A stretch of 64,000 bases of DNA from Spirochaetia bacterium (lineage in GTDB: Bacteria; Spirochaetota; Spirochaetia; UBA9216): positions 32,001 through 96,000 of the forward strand of contig OZ223264.1 of the NCBI GenBank assembly GCA_965140585.1, written 5' to 3'. The position numbers and the translations under genes are program-made. The notes under the pieces were generated by a model. The model did not search any database, was not told the origin of the DNA, and was given only the letters and a program-made list of their open reading frames with translations. Shown here one piece after another: positions 29,218-40,062 of the stretch; within the stretch, counting starts at the first letter, position 1, and each line of letters opens with the position of its first letter.

Positions 29218-30282
29218 TTGACAGATTTAAATTCTGAAAATAAAACTGATCACTCCGCTGCGGGCAGGGTGATCAGTTTCCCTTTTTCATGGATTTTTAT
29301 ACTTTCTCTTCTTGTCCTTTTTATGATGTTTACATTTTCCCTGGCTGTCGGTCGCTACAGTATTCCGGTTGATTATACTCTGCGTATTCTTTTTTCAAAG
29401 ATAATTGATGTAAACAGGATATGGACAGATATTCAGGAGGCGGTTGTTCTTAATCTTAGACTTCCCAGAACTGTTGCCGCCGTAGTAATCGGTGCGGCTT
29501 TATCACTCTCCGGTGCAGCCTACCAGAGTATTTTTAAAAACCCCATGGTATCACCCGATCTCCTGGGAGTTTCTTCCGGTGCCTGTGTGGGAGCTGCACT
29601 TGCAATTCTGTTAAATGCCGGGAATGCAGTTATTCAGCTCAGTGCCTTTACAGGGGGCTTAATTGCTGTAGGAATTACAGTTTCTATTCCAGCACTTATC
29701 CGGAGCAATTCAACCACGGTTCTAGTTCTCTCCGGTATTGTTATCAGCAGTCTAATGTCTTCAATTATGAGTATAATAAAATTTGTAGCTGATACAGATA
29801 CCCAGCTTGCAGAGATAACCTACTGGCTGATGGGCTCTTTTGCTTCTATAAAATTTAAACAGATGCTGCCTGTTCTTCCAACTATTATTATCCCTGCATC
29901 GGTCGTGCTGCTGATGCGGTACAGGCTGAATATTCTTTCTCTAGGTGATAAGGAAGCGAAATCTCTTGGTGTAAATCTTGGTATTACAAGGGGAATCTTC
30001 ATCCTGTGTTCAACTCTTTTAACGGCCGGCTGCGTTTGCTTATCGGGGACTATTGGCTGGGTCGGTCTCGTGATACCTCACACAGCAAGAATGATCATCG
30101 GATCGGATAACAAGAAAATGCTGCCTGTAGCAATGACCTGCGGAGCTGTTTTCATGCTGGTAATTGATATTCTCTGCAGAACAATTACTTCGGCCGAATT
30201 AAGGCTTGGAATTTTAACAGGAATAATCGGTGCTCCGTTTTTTATCTTTATTTTGTTTAAGCAGAAGGACCAGGTAAAATGA
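29218..30282 (+). CDS. FecCD/BtuC family permease
   Basis: LRLPR, SGAAYQ.IFKNP.VSPDLLGVSSGA, GTIGWVGLVIPH. Confidence 0.93.
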   Translation: MTDLNSENKTDHSAAGRVISFPFSWIFILSLLVLFMMFTFSLAVGRYSIPVDYTLRILFSKIIDVNRIWTDIQEAVVLNLRLPRTVAAVVIGAALSLSGAAYQSIFKNPMVSPDLLGVSSGACVGAALAILLNAGNAVIQLSAFTGGLIAVGITVSIPALIRSNSTTVLVLSGIVISSLMSSIMSIIKFVADTDTQLAEITYWLMGSFASIKFKQMLPVLPTIIIPASVVLLMRYRLNILSLGDKEAKSLGVNLGITRGIFILCSTLLTAGCVCLSGTIGWVGLVIPHTARMIIGSDNKKMLPVAMTCGAVFMLVIDILCRTITSAELRLGILTGIIGAPFFIFILFKQKDQVK

Positions 30283-31049
30283 TTCTTGAAGTAGATGATC
30301 TAAGTTACCGCTATCATAACAGCAGTAATGTTTTTAATGGTGTAAGTTTCTCACTTGATAAGGGCGAGGTCCTTTCGATCCTCGGAGTGAATGGTGCAGG
30401 GAAATCAACCCTGCTGAATTGTATAGGAAACCTTTTTAGACCTGCAACGGGAGAAATCAGGTTAAACGGAAAACTTATGTCTTCGATGCATACAAGAGAT
30501 ATAGCCCGTGTTATTGGTTATGTTCCGCAGAGCCATACTGCGGTATATGGATACAGCGTTAGAGAGTACGTTGTTATGGGAAGGACTCCGTTCATAGGTG
30601 CTTTTGCTGTTCCGGGAAGAGATGATTACAGGATTGCGGATGAAGCGCTTGAAAAAATGGAAATTAAACATTTGGGAAAAAAACTGTATACAGAAATATC
30701 CGGAGGTGAAAGGCAGCAGGTTATGATTGCAAAAATTTTCGCTCAGCAGCCTCAGCTTATTCTTCTTGATGAGCCTACAGCCCACCTGGATTACGGAAAC
30801 CAGCACCGTGTTGTCGAAATGATCCGTAATCTTGCCGGAGAAGGATATGCGATGATAATGACCACTCACAATCCGGAGCATGCGTTTATTCTTGATGGGA
30901 AGGTAGCTATTCTGAACAGGTCCGGTGTTCTGTGTGTTGGTGATTCCGGAGAGACCCTTACCACCGAAATTCTTTCAAGCCTTTATTCGCTGCCGATAAA
31001 AACCAAATATGATGAAGATGCAAAAAGAAATATCTGTGTAGTCTGCTAA
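30279..31049 (+). CDS. ABC ATPase (FecE/BtuD-like)
   Basis: GVNGAGKST, ISGGERQ, LLDEPTAHLD, H-loop. Confidence 0.93.
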   Translation: MILEVDDLSYRYHNSSNVFNGVSFSLDKGEVLSILGVNGAGKSTLLNCIGNLFRPATGEIRLNGKLMSSMHTRDIARVIGYVPQSHTAVYGYSVREYVVMGRTPFIGAFAVPGRDDYRIADEALEKMEIKHLGKKLYTEISGGERQQVMIAKIFAQQPQLILLDEPTAHLDYGNQHRVVEMIRNLAGEGYAMIMTTHNPEHAFILDGKVAILNRSGVLCVGDSGETLTTEILSSLYSLPIKTKYDEDAKRNICVVC

Positions 31050-31114
31050 ACGCAATACTCTTCTATTATTATAATCCCCTTGAAGCATCAGGTTGTAATT
31101 GTTAATCTTATTCA

Positions 31115-32020
31115 ATGCCTTTTAGAGAAGTTATTATTTTTAATGTTCCTATAGTATACATTTATCCGCTGCTGATTCTGATAATATTCAGCACAGTCCT
31201 TTTTATTGTTCTTAAGAATCTCAAGAAAGCGACGGTTCGTAGAGAAGAGCGTTTTATAAAAAAGGAACATGATAAAGCATTCTCAAAGCCGACTAAAACC
31301 ATGCGGAGAAGCAACGCAAAGAAGCGGAAGTCGGGGCTTGAAAGTATTGAAAAGCAATTTACAATAACAAGAAAAATACTTATACCCTTTATTCTGCTCC
31401 TTGCTCTTATCGTTGCAGTGGTGCCATTTCTTAATCAGGTTCCTGCGGCTATTTTTTCTATGTTCATTGCGGGTTTTTCGCTGATTCTCGGTATTGCAGT
31501 TAAACCTCTGCTGGAAAATGTTTTTGCCGGACTTGTTATCTCTTATTCGAAATCTCTTAATATTGGCGACACTGTAGTTGTTGATGATAAGTACGGTACT
31601 GTTGAAGATATAACCATGTCTTATACAACAATAAAAACCTGGGACTGGAAGCGCTATGTACTTCCTAATTCAAAAATGATTCAGCAGGAATTTTTAAACC
31701 TGACTCTTGTTGAAAAATATCAGTGGGCATATGTAGAGTTTTATGTGGCATATGATACTGATATTGAGAAGGTTAAAGAGATCGCTCTGAAATGTGCTTC
31801 AGAGAATAAACATACTGTTGTTGATAATGTCCCCTATTTCTGGGTTATGGATATGAAGGAAGAAAGCTATGTCTGCTGGATCGCCTCCTGGACTGAAGAT
31901 CCTGCGACTGCATGGTCATTTAAAAACGATATCAGAACTGATATGATCATTGAATTTCAGAAAGCCGGTATTAAATCCTACTCAATTAAATATTTCATGA
32001 ATGAAAATCCCCCAGTATAG
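31115..32020 (+). CDS. mscS: Small-conductance mechanosensitive channel
   Basis: LENVFAGLVI, IGD.V...GTVEDI, LPNS. Confidence 0.85.
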   Translation: MPFREVIIFNVPIVYIYPLLILIIFSTVLFIVLKNLKKATVRREERFIKKEHDKAFSKPTKTMRRSNAKKRKSGLESIEKQFTITRKILIPFILLLALIVAVVPFLNQVPAAIFSMFIAGFSLILGIAVKPLLENVFAGLVISYSKSLNIGDTVVVDDKYGTVEDITMSYTTIKTWDWKRYVLPNSKMIQQEFLNLTLVEKYQWAYVEFYVAYDTDIEKVKEIALKCASENKHTVVDNVPYFWVMDMKEESYVCWIASWTEDPATAWSFKNDIRTDMIIEFQKAGIKSYSIKYFMNENPPV

Positions 32021-32100
32021 AAGATATTTCTTGCTGAAAAGATATAAAAAGCTTTATAATTATATTTAAATAATAATTAAGATATATTTTTGGAGTTCTT

Positions 32101-33624
32101 ATGGCACTTTTGAAGGTTCAGACAGAAGGCGGGCTGGTAGAAGGATTACCGGCAAATAACCAGGTGATTTCAGTTTTTAAAGGGATCCCGTTTGCAAAAC
32201 CACCGGTGGGTGATTTACGGTGGAGGGCTCCGGAACCGGTTGAACCCTGGGAGGGCAACTACGAGGCTTTCAGGTTCAGGAATATTTGTACTCAGCCGCG
32301 GTTTGCATCAGAAGGCGGAAATACGCTGGCAGCTACAGAATTTTATGTAGTGGAATTCCCAATGAGTGAAGATTGTCTGTATTTGAATGTCTGGACGCCG
32401 GCTGAAAGTGATACGGAAAAACTTCCGGTTGCGGTTTACATTCATGGAGGCGGGTACGAAACCGGCTTCAGTTATCTTAATGCTTATGATGGCGAGGGCT
32501 TTGCCAAAAGAGGTGTTGTCTTTGTAAGTATTGCATACAGGCTGAATTTCTTCGGTTTTCTTGCTCATCCTGAACTTGCTGCTGAAGATCCTAACGGAAG
32601 TACCGGAAATTACGGTGAAATGGATCAGATTGCAGCGCTTGAATGGGTTAAAAGGAATATAGGAGCTTTCGGCGGAGATCCGGAGACTGTCACAATTTTC
32701 GGACAGTCGGCAGGAGCCTCAAGTGTGCAGAATATTTGCGCCAGTCCTCTTTCTGAAGGGCTTTTTAAGAGAGCTATTATGCAGAGCGGCGGCGGCTTAT
32801 CCCGGAATGGTGTTCTTGAGCCCCTGGATCAGGATACGGCTTATGCAATGGCAGAAGATTTTATGGAGTTTGCAGGCTATAAAAATATTGAGGAAGCCCG
32901 GAAAGCTGCAGATCTGGAAATGCTGGAAAAATATCAGGCGTTCACAAAAGCACGCGGACTGGTTATGCCTGTTTTTGCACCTTCAGTAGATGGTTATGTC
33001 CTGCCCGATAAGGCATATAAGGCTTTCAGAGCCGGAAAGCATCCCGATATCGATTATATGGTAGGTTCGACTGCAGATGAAATGAGGAATAAAAATGCCG
33101 TGGCTCCGCCTTTCGAAAATATAAAGAAAGCAGCGGAACAGCGGTATGGAGAGTTAGCAGAAGCTTACCTGACTGCGATTGATGCTTCGGATCCTGAAAA
33201 ATGCAGACCGTATTTTGAAGATTTTTTTGCTGATGAGACTCTTGCCGGATGTCTCGGCTGGTGTGAGAATCAGCTGCTTTTGGGACGGCGTCCAAGTTAC
33301 ATGTACCATTTTTCCTATGTTCCGCCCGGAGCAGAGGAGGTCGGAGCTCATCATTCGGTAGAACATCATTATGTTTTTCAGACACTGGTTCGTTCTTTCC
33401 GTCCATATACGGGGTTTGATTTTGACCTGTCCGAAGAGTTAGCAGGTTACTGGGCAAATTTTGTGAAGACTGGAAATCCGAACGGTGAAGGGCCTGAAAC
33501 ATGGTCTTCGTATACAAAAGATTCACCGAAAGCGCTGCTGATCGACAGGAAGCGGGAAATGGTTAAAATGCAGCCGAGCCGAAAAGTCTGCTTTATGCGG
33601 GATTTTTCTCTTGTAAAGTTTTAG
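32101..33624 (+). CDS. Type B carboxylesterase
   Basis: GIPFA.PP.G.LRW, EDCLYLNVW, HGGG, GQSAG. Confidence 0.93.
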   Translation: MALLKVQTEGGLVEGLPANNQVISVFKGIPFAKPPVGDLRWRAPEPVEPWEGNYEAFRFRNICTQPRFASEGGNTLAATEFYVVEFPMSEDCLYLNVWTPAESDTEKLPVAVYIHGGGYETGFSYLNAYDGEGFAKRGVVFVSIAYRLNFFGFLAHPELAAEDPNGSTGNYGEMDQIAALEWVKRNIGAFGGDPETVTIFGQSAGASSVQNICASPLSEGLFKRAIMQSGGGLSRNGVLEPLDQDTAYAMAEDFMEFAGYKNIEEARKAADLEMLEKYQAFTKARGLVMPVFAPSVDGYVLPDKAYKAFRAGKHPDIDYMVGSTADEMRNKNAVAPPFENIKKAAEQRYGELAEAYLTAIDASDPEKCRPYFEDFFADETLAGCLGWCENQLLLGRRPSYMYHFSYVPPGAEEVGAHHSVEHHYVFQTLVRSFRPYTGFDFDLSEELAGYWANFVKTGNPNGEGPETWSSYTKDSPKALLIDRKREMVKMQPSRKVCFMRDFSLVKF

Positions 33625-33652
33625 CCGAAGCAATTTTTTAAAATAGAAATTT

Positions 33653-33691
33653 AAAAAGGCTGATCGGAAAGTATTCCGGTCAGCCTTTTTT
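33653..33691. terminator. Bidirectional intrinsic terminator
   Basis: AAAAAGGCTGATCGGAA-AGTA-TTCCGGTCAGCCTTTTTT. Confidence 0.85.
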
Positions 33692-33711
33692 ATTTGCTTT
33701 GAAAAGTATAA

Positions 33712-36000
33712 TCAGTTTATAGAGTAGAGAACTTCAGTTTTGATGATATCCAGAAGCTCAAGGACCGAGCTGTCTGTCTCTGTTCTTTTCAAATTTTCAA
33801 CAACCCTGTTCAGTACAGTTTTATCTGTACTCTCTGACAGAGAAACAATAAATTCTGTGAGCTCCGGGTTCCTGCCTTCCAGAAGCATTCCTTCATAACC
33901 TTCTTCAGTTCCTGTAAGATAAAACGCGTAGGTCAGCCGTCTCTGGCTGGAAATGTCTGTAAGTATGCTGCCCAGTTCAATGCCCTTTGAAATAAAATCT
34001 GATGACCGAAGTTCTCCCAGTATTTCACAGATGAGCAGGGCAATTGAAGAATTCTTCTTCAGGTCCATCTTGTCGAGAGTCTCTGCCAACTGATTTATTC
34101 TTGCAGGATCTGAGAGCCCTATTCTGAGCAGTGTCTGAATTGCCTCTTCTCTTATGGCTGAATCTCTTTCCCTGGAAGCAAGACTTATCAGTTTTTCTAT
34201 CGATTCATCACTCAGGTTCTTCATCTGTCCAAGTGACCTTACAGCGTAAAATCTCAGCTGAGCGTATTTCTCATCCCTCATTGTTGCGGCTGTTATTAGA
34301 GTCAATTCGACGTTGATGGTAGGATTATCATACCCGCATGCACCAAGGGCCCTTACCGCATTGACTCTTACATCAAGAGGCTCAGTCTCATTGGAGACCA
34401 TTTTGTTAAGGGCGGTTGTGATAAGTGCGTTGTTTTCCGGTCTGATCCTGTAAAGAGCTAAAGTCGCATACCTTTTTACTTCGGCATCTTCGGAAGCCAG
34501 CATTTTAAGAAGGGTCGCGATCGCTGAACTGTCGGGCAGTTCTGAAAAAAGCCTGGCAGCCTGGCGCTGAAACTCCGGATCAGTGTTTGTTGTTGAAAAT
34601 CTTGCAAGACTTCCAATCAGGGCAATGGAGTCTGTTTGGTAAATGGCTTTTGCCGCCATATATGCCGCATCTTTAATTTCAGTATCTGCAGAAGAAAGTG
34701 CATCGAGTACTCCATTGATTCCTTTTGCCCCTTCAGGGTGTACTCCTATGGTTTCAAGGCAGCTGATTTTTAATTCTGTTGATGTCTGCGGGCTTTGCAG
34801 GAGGGCAATAATTGACGGAACTATTGCAGGGTTGTTAATATTCTTTGATTTTTCTACAAGGGTAAGCAGTACAGTTTCGGAACGTTCGGTTTTGAACAGC
34901 CTTACAAGAGAGCCTACTGTAGCCTGATCGCTGAAAGATGAAAGGCCGCTGATTGCAGTAATTCTTAATGCCGGATCGGCTGAGTTCAGGTATTCGGAAA
35001 GAGCTGTAGAAATTCTGCGGTCGGCTGTTCCATATGCTGCTATTTTTCCCAGAGATTCAAGTGCGGCTTTCAGCACTGCCGGAGGTAATTCTTCCTCTTT
35101 CAGTATATTGAAAAGCGGAATGAGGCTTTCCTTTGCCCCCATTGACCCAAGGGCTCTGATAATTTCCACCTTAAGCGGTTCTTCCGGATTTTCATCAAGT
35201 TTAGTGAGCAGCAGATCCATTGCTTCAAGGTTTCCAATCGCACCCAGACTTCTGATGCTTTCAACAGCATAGGTCTTGTCTGAGGTCATTGGCATTATAT
35301 AGGGAATAGCCCTGCTGGAGCTAAGCAGCCCGAGGGTATAGAGTGCGGTGTTGATGGCTTCCTGATCGGACTGTTCCCGCAGCAGGCTGTTTATAAGTGT
35401 TGACTCAAGGATTTCCTTTTCCTTTCCCGTCATGGGTTCAGGAACGGGATAGCCCTTTTCAAGCATATCGTATAGTTTGCCTTTGGCTGTTTTAAACTCA
35501 GTTTCAGCTCCGCTTCCTTCTCTCTTGTAGGCGCTGTCCATCACGGCAAGATAGGATGACATTTCATCCATTGCCTTTCGGCGTGCTGAATTAGGAAGGT
35601 AAAGACCGTAATCACCCATTGCAATCCGCTTTTCAATAAGCTGGCTAATTGCGGCCCCGTAGTTCAGTCCGATAAGCTCATTGATTGTGCCCTCGGGGCT
35701 TTCCAGTGCATCTCTAACTTCTTCAAGTGTTCTTACCGGGAAATACCTGTAGTTTTTTCTGATAAATTCAAGTGTTTCCTGAACCTGAATCTGATCATCC
35801 TGAACAAGATAGTCTGATATCTGCTCATCCATATCATCAAGCCGATCCATGGAACCGTTTTTATTCAAATCAATATAGCCGTTTCTGAGTTCGGGAAAGA
35901 TCGAACGAAGCTGGTTACCCAGCGGAGTTGAGACAATATCAGAAAACAGGGGATTAATGATAATTATACCTGCAATTAGAAGAAGGAGTTTTCGTTTCAT
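33712..36000 (-). CDS. Exported HEAT-repeat protein
   Basis: Signal peptide; repeated A..ALG.. helical units; DLNKNG loop near the N-terminus. Confidence 0.75.
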   Translation of the reverse strand: MKRKLLLLIAGIIIINPLFSDIVSTPLGNQLRSIFPELRNGYIDLNKNGSMDRLDDMDEQISDYLVQDDQIQVQETLEFIRKNYRYFPVRTLEEVRDALESPEGTINELIGLNYGAAISQLIEKRIAMGDYGLYLPNSARRKAMDEMSSYLAVMDSAYKREGSGAETEFKTAKGKLYDMLEKGYPVPEPMTGKEKEILESTLINSLLREQSDQEAINTALYTLGLLSSSRAIPYIMPMTSDKTYAVESIRSLGAIGNLEAMDLLLTKLDENPEEPLKVEIIRALGSMGAKESLIPLFNILKEEELPPAVLKAALESLGKIAAYGTADRRISTALSEYLNSADPALRITAISGLSSFSDQATVGSLVRLFKTERSETVLLTLVEKSKNINNPAIVPSIIALLQSPQTSTELKISCLETIGVHPEGAKGINGVLDALSSADTEIKDAAYMAAKAIYQTDSIALIGSLARFSTTNTDPEFQRQAARLFSELPDSSAIATLLKMLASEDAEVKRYATLALYRIRPENNALITTALNKMVSNETEPLDVRVNAVRALGACGYDNPTINVELTLITAATMRDEKYAQLRFYAVRSLGQMKNLSDESIEKLISLASRERDSAIREEAIQTLLRIGLSDPARINQLAETLDKMDLKKNSSIALLICEILGELRSSDFISKGIELGSILTDISSQRRLTYAFYLTGTEEGYEGMLLEGRNPELTEFIVSLSESTDKTVLNRVVENLKRTETDSSVLELLDIIKTEVLYSIN

Positions 36001-36141
36001 TGCATCATCCTAAAGAAAGAAATGATTCTTGGCAACTCAAAAAAAATCATAGAAATTTAATGATGATTGAATAACTTGGATATTCACTATAGACTGTGTC
36101 ACTGCAAACAATTCTGCGAAAAACATATTTTAGAGGAAGAT

Positions 36142-38272
36142 ATAAGCTTAAAACAAACTGTAGACTTTAAAAAAAGTTCTTTCTCAACTCCACTGATCAT
36201 TACAATTATCGGTGTTCTGGTTATTTCATTCTTACTTCAATATCTGCTTGTTTCATCAAGGATATCTGAAGAGGTAAAAAAACTCAGTCGATGAATTTCA
36301 GGGCAATCACCATGTCTCTAAGTGAAATTCTTGAGCTGCAGCTCGACTATAATGAAAAACTGGCATTATCCTTTGCGGATAATATAAGCCGCTATTTAAC
36401 GGCTGCAGATGGAGACTTATCAAATCAGGGAGAGGTCTTTGAGCTCATATCTGAGCTCAAAGCTGTAAATGAAAACTTTGAATCTGTATTTATTCTTGAT
36501 AATTATGGAATAGTTAAATCTTCAACATATTCCGAAAGCCTTCTGGGTACTGATTTGTCTTACCGTGAATATTATATAAAGATTTTAAGCAACATTAGAA
36601 AATCATTCACTTCAAGTGAAGCACTGCAGTCTGCAGCAACTGGAAATCCAACTATAGTTCATGCCGCACCGCTTTTCAAAAATGGGGAATTTTTTGGAGT
36701 TCTTGGTATTTCACTTGATTTAACTGCACTTGGGAATGAATATATTATATCCAAGAAAATCGGGGAAACTGGTTATCCATATGTCCTGGATAAGCGTGGG
36801 CTGGTTCTGATTCACCCCTCCGGGGATATTGTTTTTACTTCGGCACAGGATGTTGACCCATTTTTTCAGGATGTCGTTGACAGCCGGGAAGACATTCAGA
36901 AAATAAATTATACACTCGGCGGATCTGCAAAGCAGGGTGTCTTTATAAAAATACCTGACACAGGATGGATAGTCTGTCTGGCTATTGATGAAAGCGAAGC
37001 ATACAGCTCGATTTATATTTTAAGAATCCTTCTGATTATCTCCGGAATTGTTATGCTTGTTTCAATAAGTCTGATTCTTCTATTTTATATCAGGAAGAAC
37101 CTTGTAAAGAAATTTTCTGATGTTGAAAAAATTATTTTTAAGGCTTCAGAGGGAGATATCTCAGGACGGGGAATAGTCAGGGGAAGAGATGAGATAGCAA
37201 GTATGACTTCCTTTTTTAATAAATTTATGGAACCACTTGCTGTCTTTTTGCCAATCTCAAAGGTAACCTTGGAGAGCTTGATGATGCGGGAAAGGAGCTT
37301 TCGATTAATATGGAAGGAACTGCTGCTGCTGTCTATCAGATAAGTACGAACGTATCCAACTCACGAAAGCAAATCTCTATGCAGGAAAACTATGTCCGGG
37401 AAACAGATATGGCCGGCCGTGAGATTACCGATAGTATAAATGAGCTAGTGCACATAATAGAAAAACAGCAGATGGATCTTCAGCAGGGGTCAAGTTCTAT
37501 TGAAGAAATGATTGGACAGATAAGAAACATATCCGCCTCTACTGATGATTCTACTAAAATTATGAATGAATTGAAACTTTCATCCAGTGCCGGAAAAGAA
37601 AATCTTGATAAGGTGAGTGAGCTTGTCAGTACTATTGCTGCACAGTCTGCGAAACTCGAAGATGCCAACACAATCATTGCCGGAATAGCCTCACAGACCA
37701 ATCTTCTGGCTATGAATGCCGCTATCGAGGCTGCTCACGCCGGGGATGCCGGACGCGGCTTCGTTGTTGTTGCTGATGAGATACGGAAGCTTGCCGAGCA
37801 GTCCACCCTTCAGTCCGGTGAAGTAAAGCAGAGTATATCTGAGATCATTTCGACTATTACCGAAGTTGTGAGGAGTTCTGATACTTCAAATAATTCATTT
37901 CAGGAAATTCTGGAAAGAATTAACTCAATTGACAGACTTACCGGCGAAATAAAAGCTTCGGTGCAAGAGCAGGTGTCAGGCGGAACTCAGGTTCTTCAAT
38001 CTCTTGAAGAGATGAAAATTTCGGGCATGGAAGTCCGTACAGGTTCAGAAAAAATGATGAAAAACAATACAAAGATTCTTGAATCAATTAAATCACTGAT
38101 TCGGATTTCAGATGAGGTTTCAATGGCCATTGCTGAGATCGGTAGCGGAATGGATGAAATAAACCAGTCTGTTCTGAATGTAAAAGAGCTTGCGTCGGTG
38201 AATATGAAGAGTGTGAATGAAGTAAGACAGAACGCTCTTTTTTACAGGACTGAAGAGGCCTCTCTTAATTAA
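36142..38272 (+). pseudogene. Methyl-accepting chemotaxis protein with two frameshifts
   Basis: TM, dCache, HAMP and MA ([20 protein letters not shown]) split over three frames; ATA follows the GAGGAAG RBS. Confidence 0.85.
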
Positions 38273-38301
38273 GCAGAGATCATCATTGAAAAAATAGTTA
38301 T

Positions 38302-39996
38302 CTATGACAATGAATAAAGGATAATCGGTCTGGATTTACCCCTTACAGTAACAGGTTCATTTTTTTCAGCATTTATCCGTCTGATGTATTCATCTGACAA
38401 CTGTGAAAAAGTTGATTCGCTGATAAGAATATCAGTCTCGTAAACCTTAGTCTGACTTTCGATCCTTGATGCCACATTAACAGTATCTCCGATTACCGTA
38501 TACTCCTTACGTTCTTCCGAGCCCACATTTCCCGCGATAAGCGTTCCGGTATGAACACCTATCCCGTGCCTGATAGGGGGATATTTCCCTGCCTCATTGA
38601 ACATATCAAGTGCTTTTCGCATTTCAAGTGCAGCAGTAACAGCCGATTCGGCATGTGACTCCAGGCCGAAGACAGGAGAAAACACAGCCATTATACAGTC
38701 ACCTATAAACTTGTTGACAACACCGTGGTTGTCGGAAATTGGTTTTACCATATAAGAGAAATAATCGTTTAAAAAATCAATAAGCTCGCGCGGTGTGTAT
38801 CCCTCACTGATAGATGTAAAACTTCTGATGTCGGCGAACATGACGGTTGTTTCAATCTCCTCTCCGGCAAGATCTATTCCTTTTGTATCTATCAGTTTCT
38901 TTGCTATTTCTATAGATACAAATTTTCCGAATGTGTCACGCAGTTTTTCTCTTTCTTCAAGTCCTTCAACCATCATGTTGAAGTGCCCCTTCAGCTTTCC
39001 AATTTCATCGGCTGACAGCACTGACGATCTTGTTGTAAAGTCTCCTTTTGCCACAGTCTGCATTCTTTCAATAAGTATGTTGATAGGCCCCTGAATATTC
39101 CTGCGGAACGTGAATATTGAAAAGAACTGTGCTGTAATGAAGAAGAGGTTAACAAGAAATATGATGATAATCGGACCAAATAACTGACCTGTTACTACGA
39201 GGTCAGGCTGAGAGCCTTCAGCGATGGCTTTGAACATCCATGAATTAAATACAACCGGTATGTAAATGCTTAAAATCAGAGGTATTACTCCAAGCGAAAC
39301 TATCAGAAGCAGAACCCTTGCTGTCAGGTTAAGAGTAAATCCTTTTTTCAGTGAATAAAGTTTGCCGCTTCTGAAAACTTGTGCAGCTATTCCCCTGTTA
39401 ATGTATCTGGTTGTGTGCCAGGCGTTGATGAATCCGGAAAGACTTCCATACATTATGGCAGAGGCTATGAAGTTTGCAATTATCTTTCCATTTATTTCGA
39501 TACCGTCAATATCTCTAATTACCAGCTTGATAATCAGACTCCAGATTGCACCGATCCAGGGAAGAACAAACATAAGAACAGGCAGGTTAAGTACCCTTTT
39601 TACCGTTTTCTCATCAGGCTCTCCTTCGCCTTTAAAATTATACCGGTATACTGGAATCAGGTAGATTATTATAAAAAGAAACATAATCCCGACAGGGTTT
39701 CTTGTTCTGTAAAAGAAATATTCTTCTGAAAGACGCTCGTTTATGGTCTGATCATCTTCAAAGCCGAATTCATTTCTGATTGAGTCCTCAAGTTTAATAT
39801 CAGGATTGTCCTTATGTTCGTTCATTACTTCCAGAATCTGGTCAGAATTGTTTTTGACATATTTTGCCATTTCTTCAAATGGCATGTTTGAGTAGAATTC
39901 AAAAAAGCCTGAAAGAATAGAACTGAGTATTATTGAAGTTAAAAAAAGCAGATAAAGCGGTATAAACAGTTTTTTAAGAAACAGCCGTGAATTCAT
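38302..39996 (-). CDS. Membrane class III adenylate cyclase with HAMP domain
   Basis: MFADIRSFT, NKFIGDCIMA, YTVIGDTVNVASRIE. Confidence 0.9.
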   Translation of the reverse strand: MNSRLFLKKLFIPLYLLFLTSIILSSILSGFFEFYSNMPFEEMAKYVKNNSDQILEVMNEHKDNPDIKLEDSIRNEFGFEDDQTINERLSEEYFFYRTRNPVGIMFLFIIIYLIPVYRYNFKGEGEPDEKTVKRVLNLPVLMFVLPWIGAIWSLIIKLVIRDIDGIEINGKIIANFIASAIMYGSLSGFINAWHTTRYINRGIAAQVFRSGKLYSLKKGFTLNLTARVLLLIVSLGVIPLILSIYIPVVFNSWMFKAIAEGSQPDLVVTGQLFGPIIIIFLVNLFFITAQFFSIFTFRRNIQGPINILIERMQTVAKGDFTTRSSVLSADEIGKLKGHFNMMVEGLEEREKLRDTFGKFVSIEIAKKLIDTKGIDLAGEEIETTVMFADIRSFTSISEGYTPRELIDFLNDYFSYMVKPISDNHGVVNKFIGDCIMAVFSPVFGLESHAESAVTAALEMRKALDMFNEAGKYPPIRHGIGVHTGTLIAGNVGSEERKEYTVIGDTVNVASRIESQTKVYETDILISESTFSQLSDEYIRRINAEKNEPVTVRGKSRPIILYSLS

Positions 39997-40062
39997 TGGT
40001 ATTTCCTTATTTATCTAATTATTATTAGTATAATTATATATTATTGTAATCGGAGGGACTGT

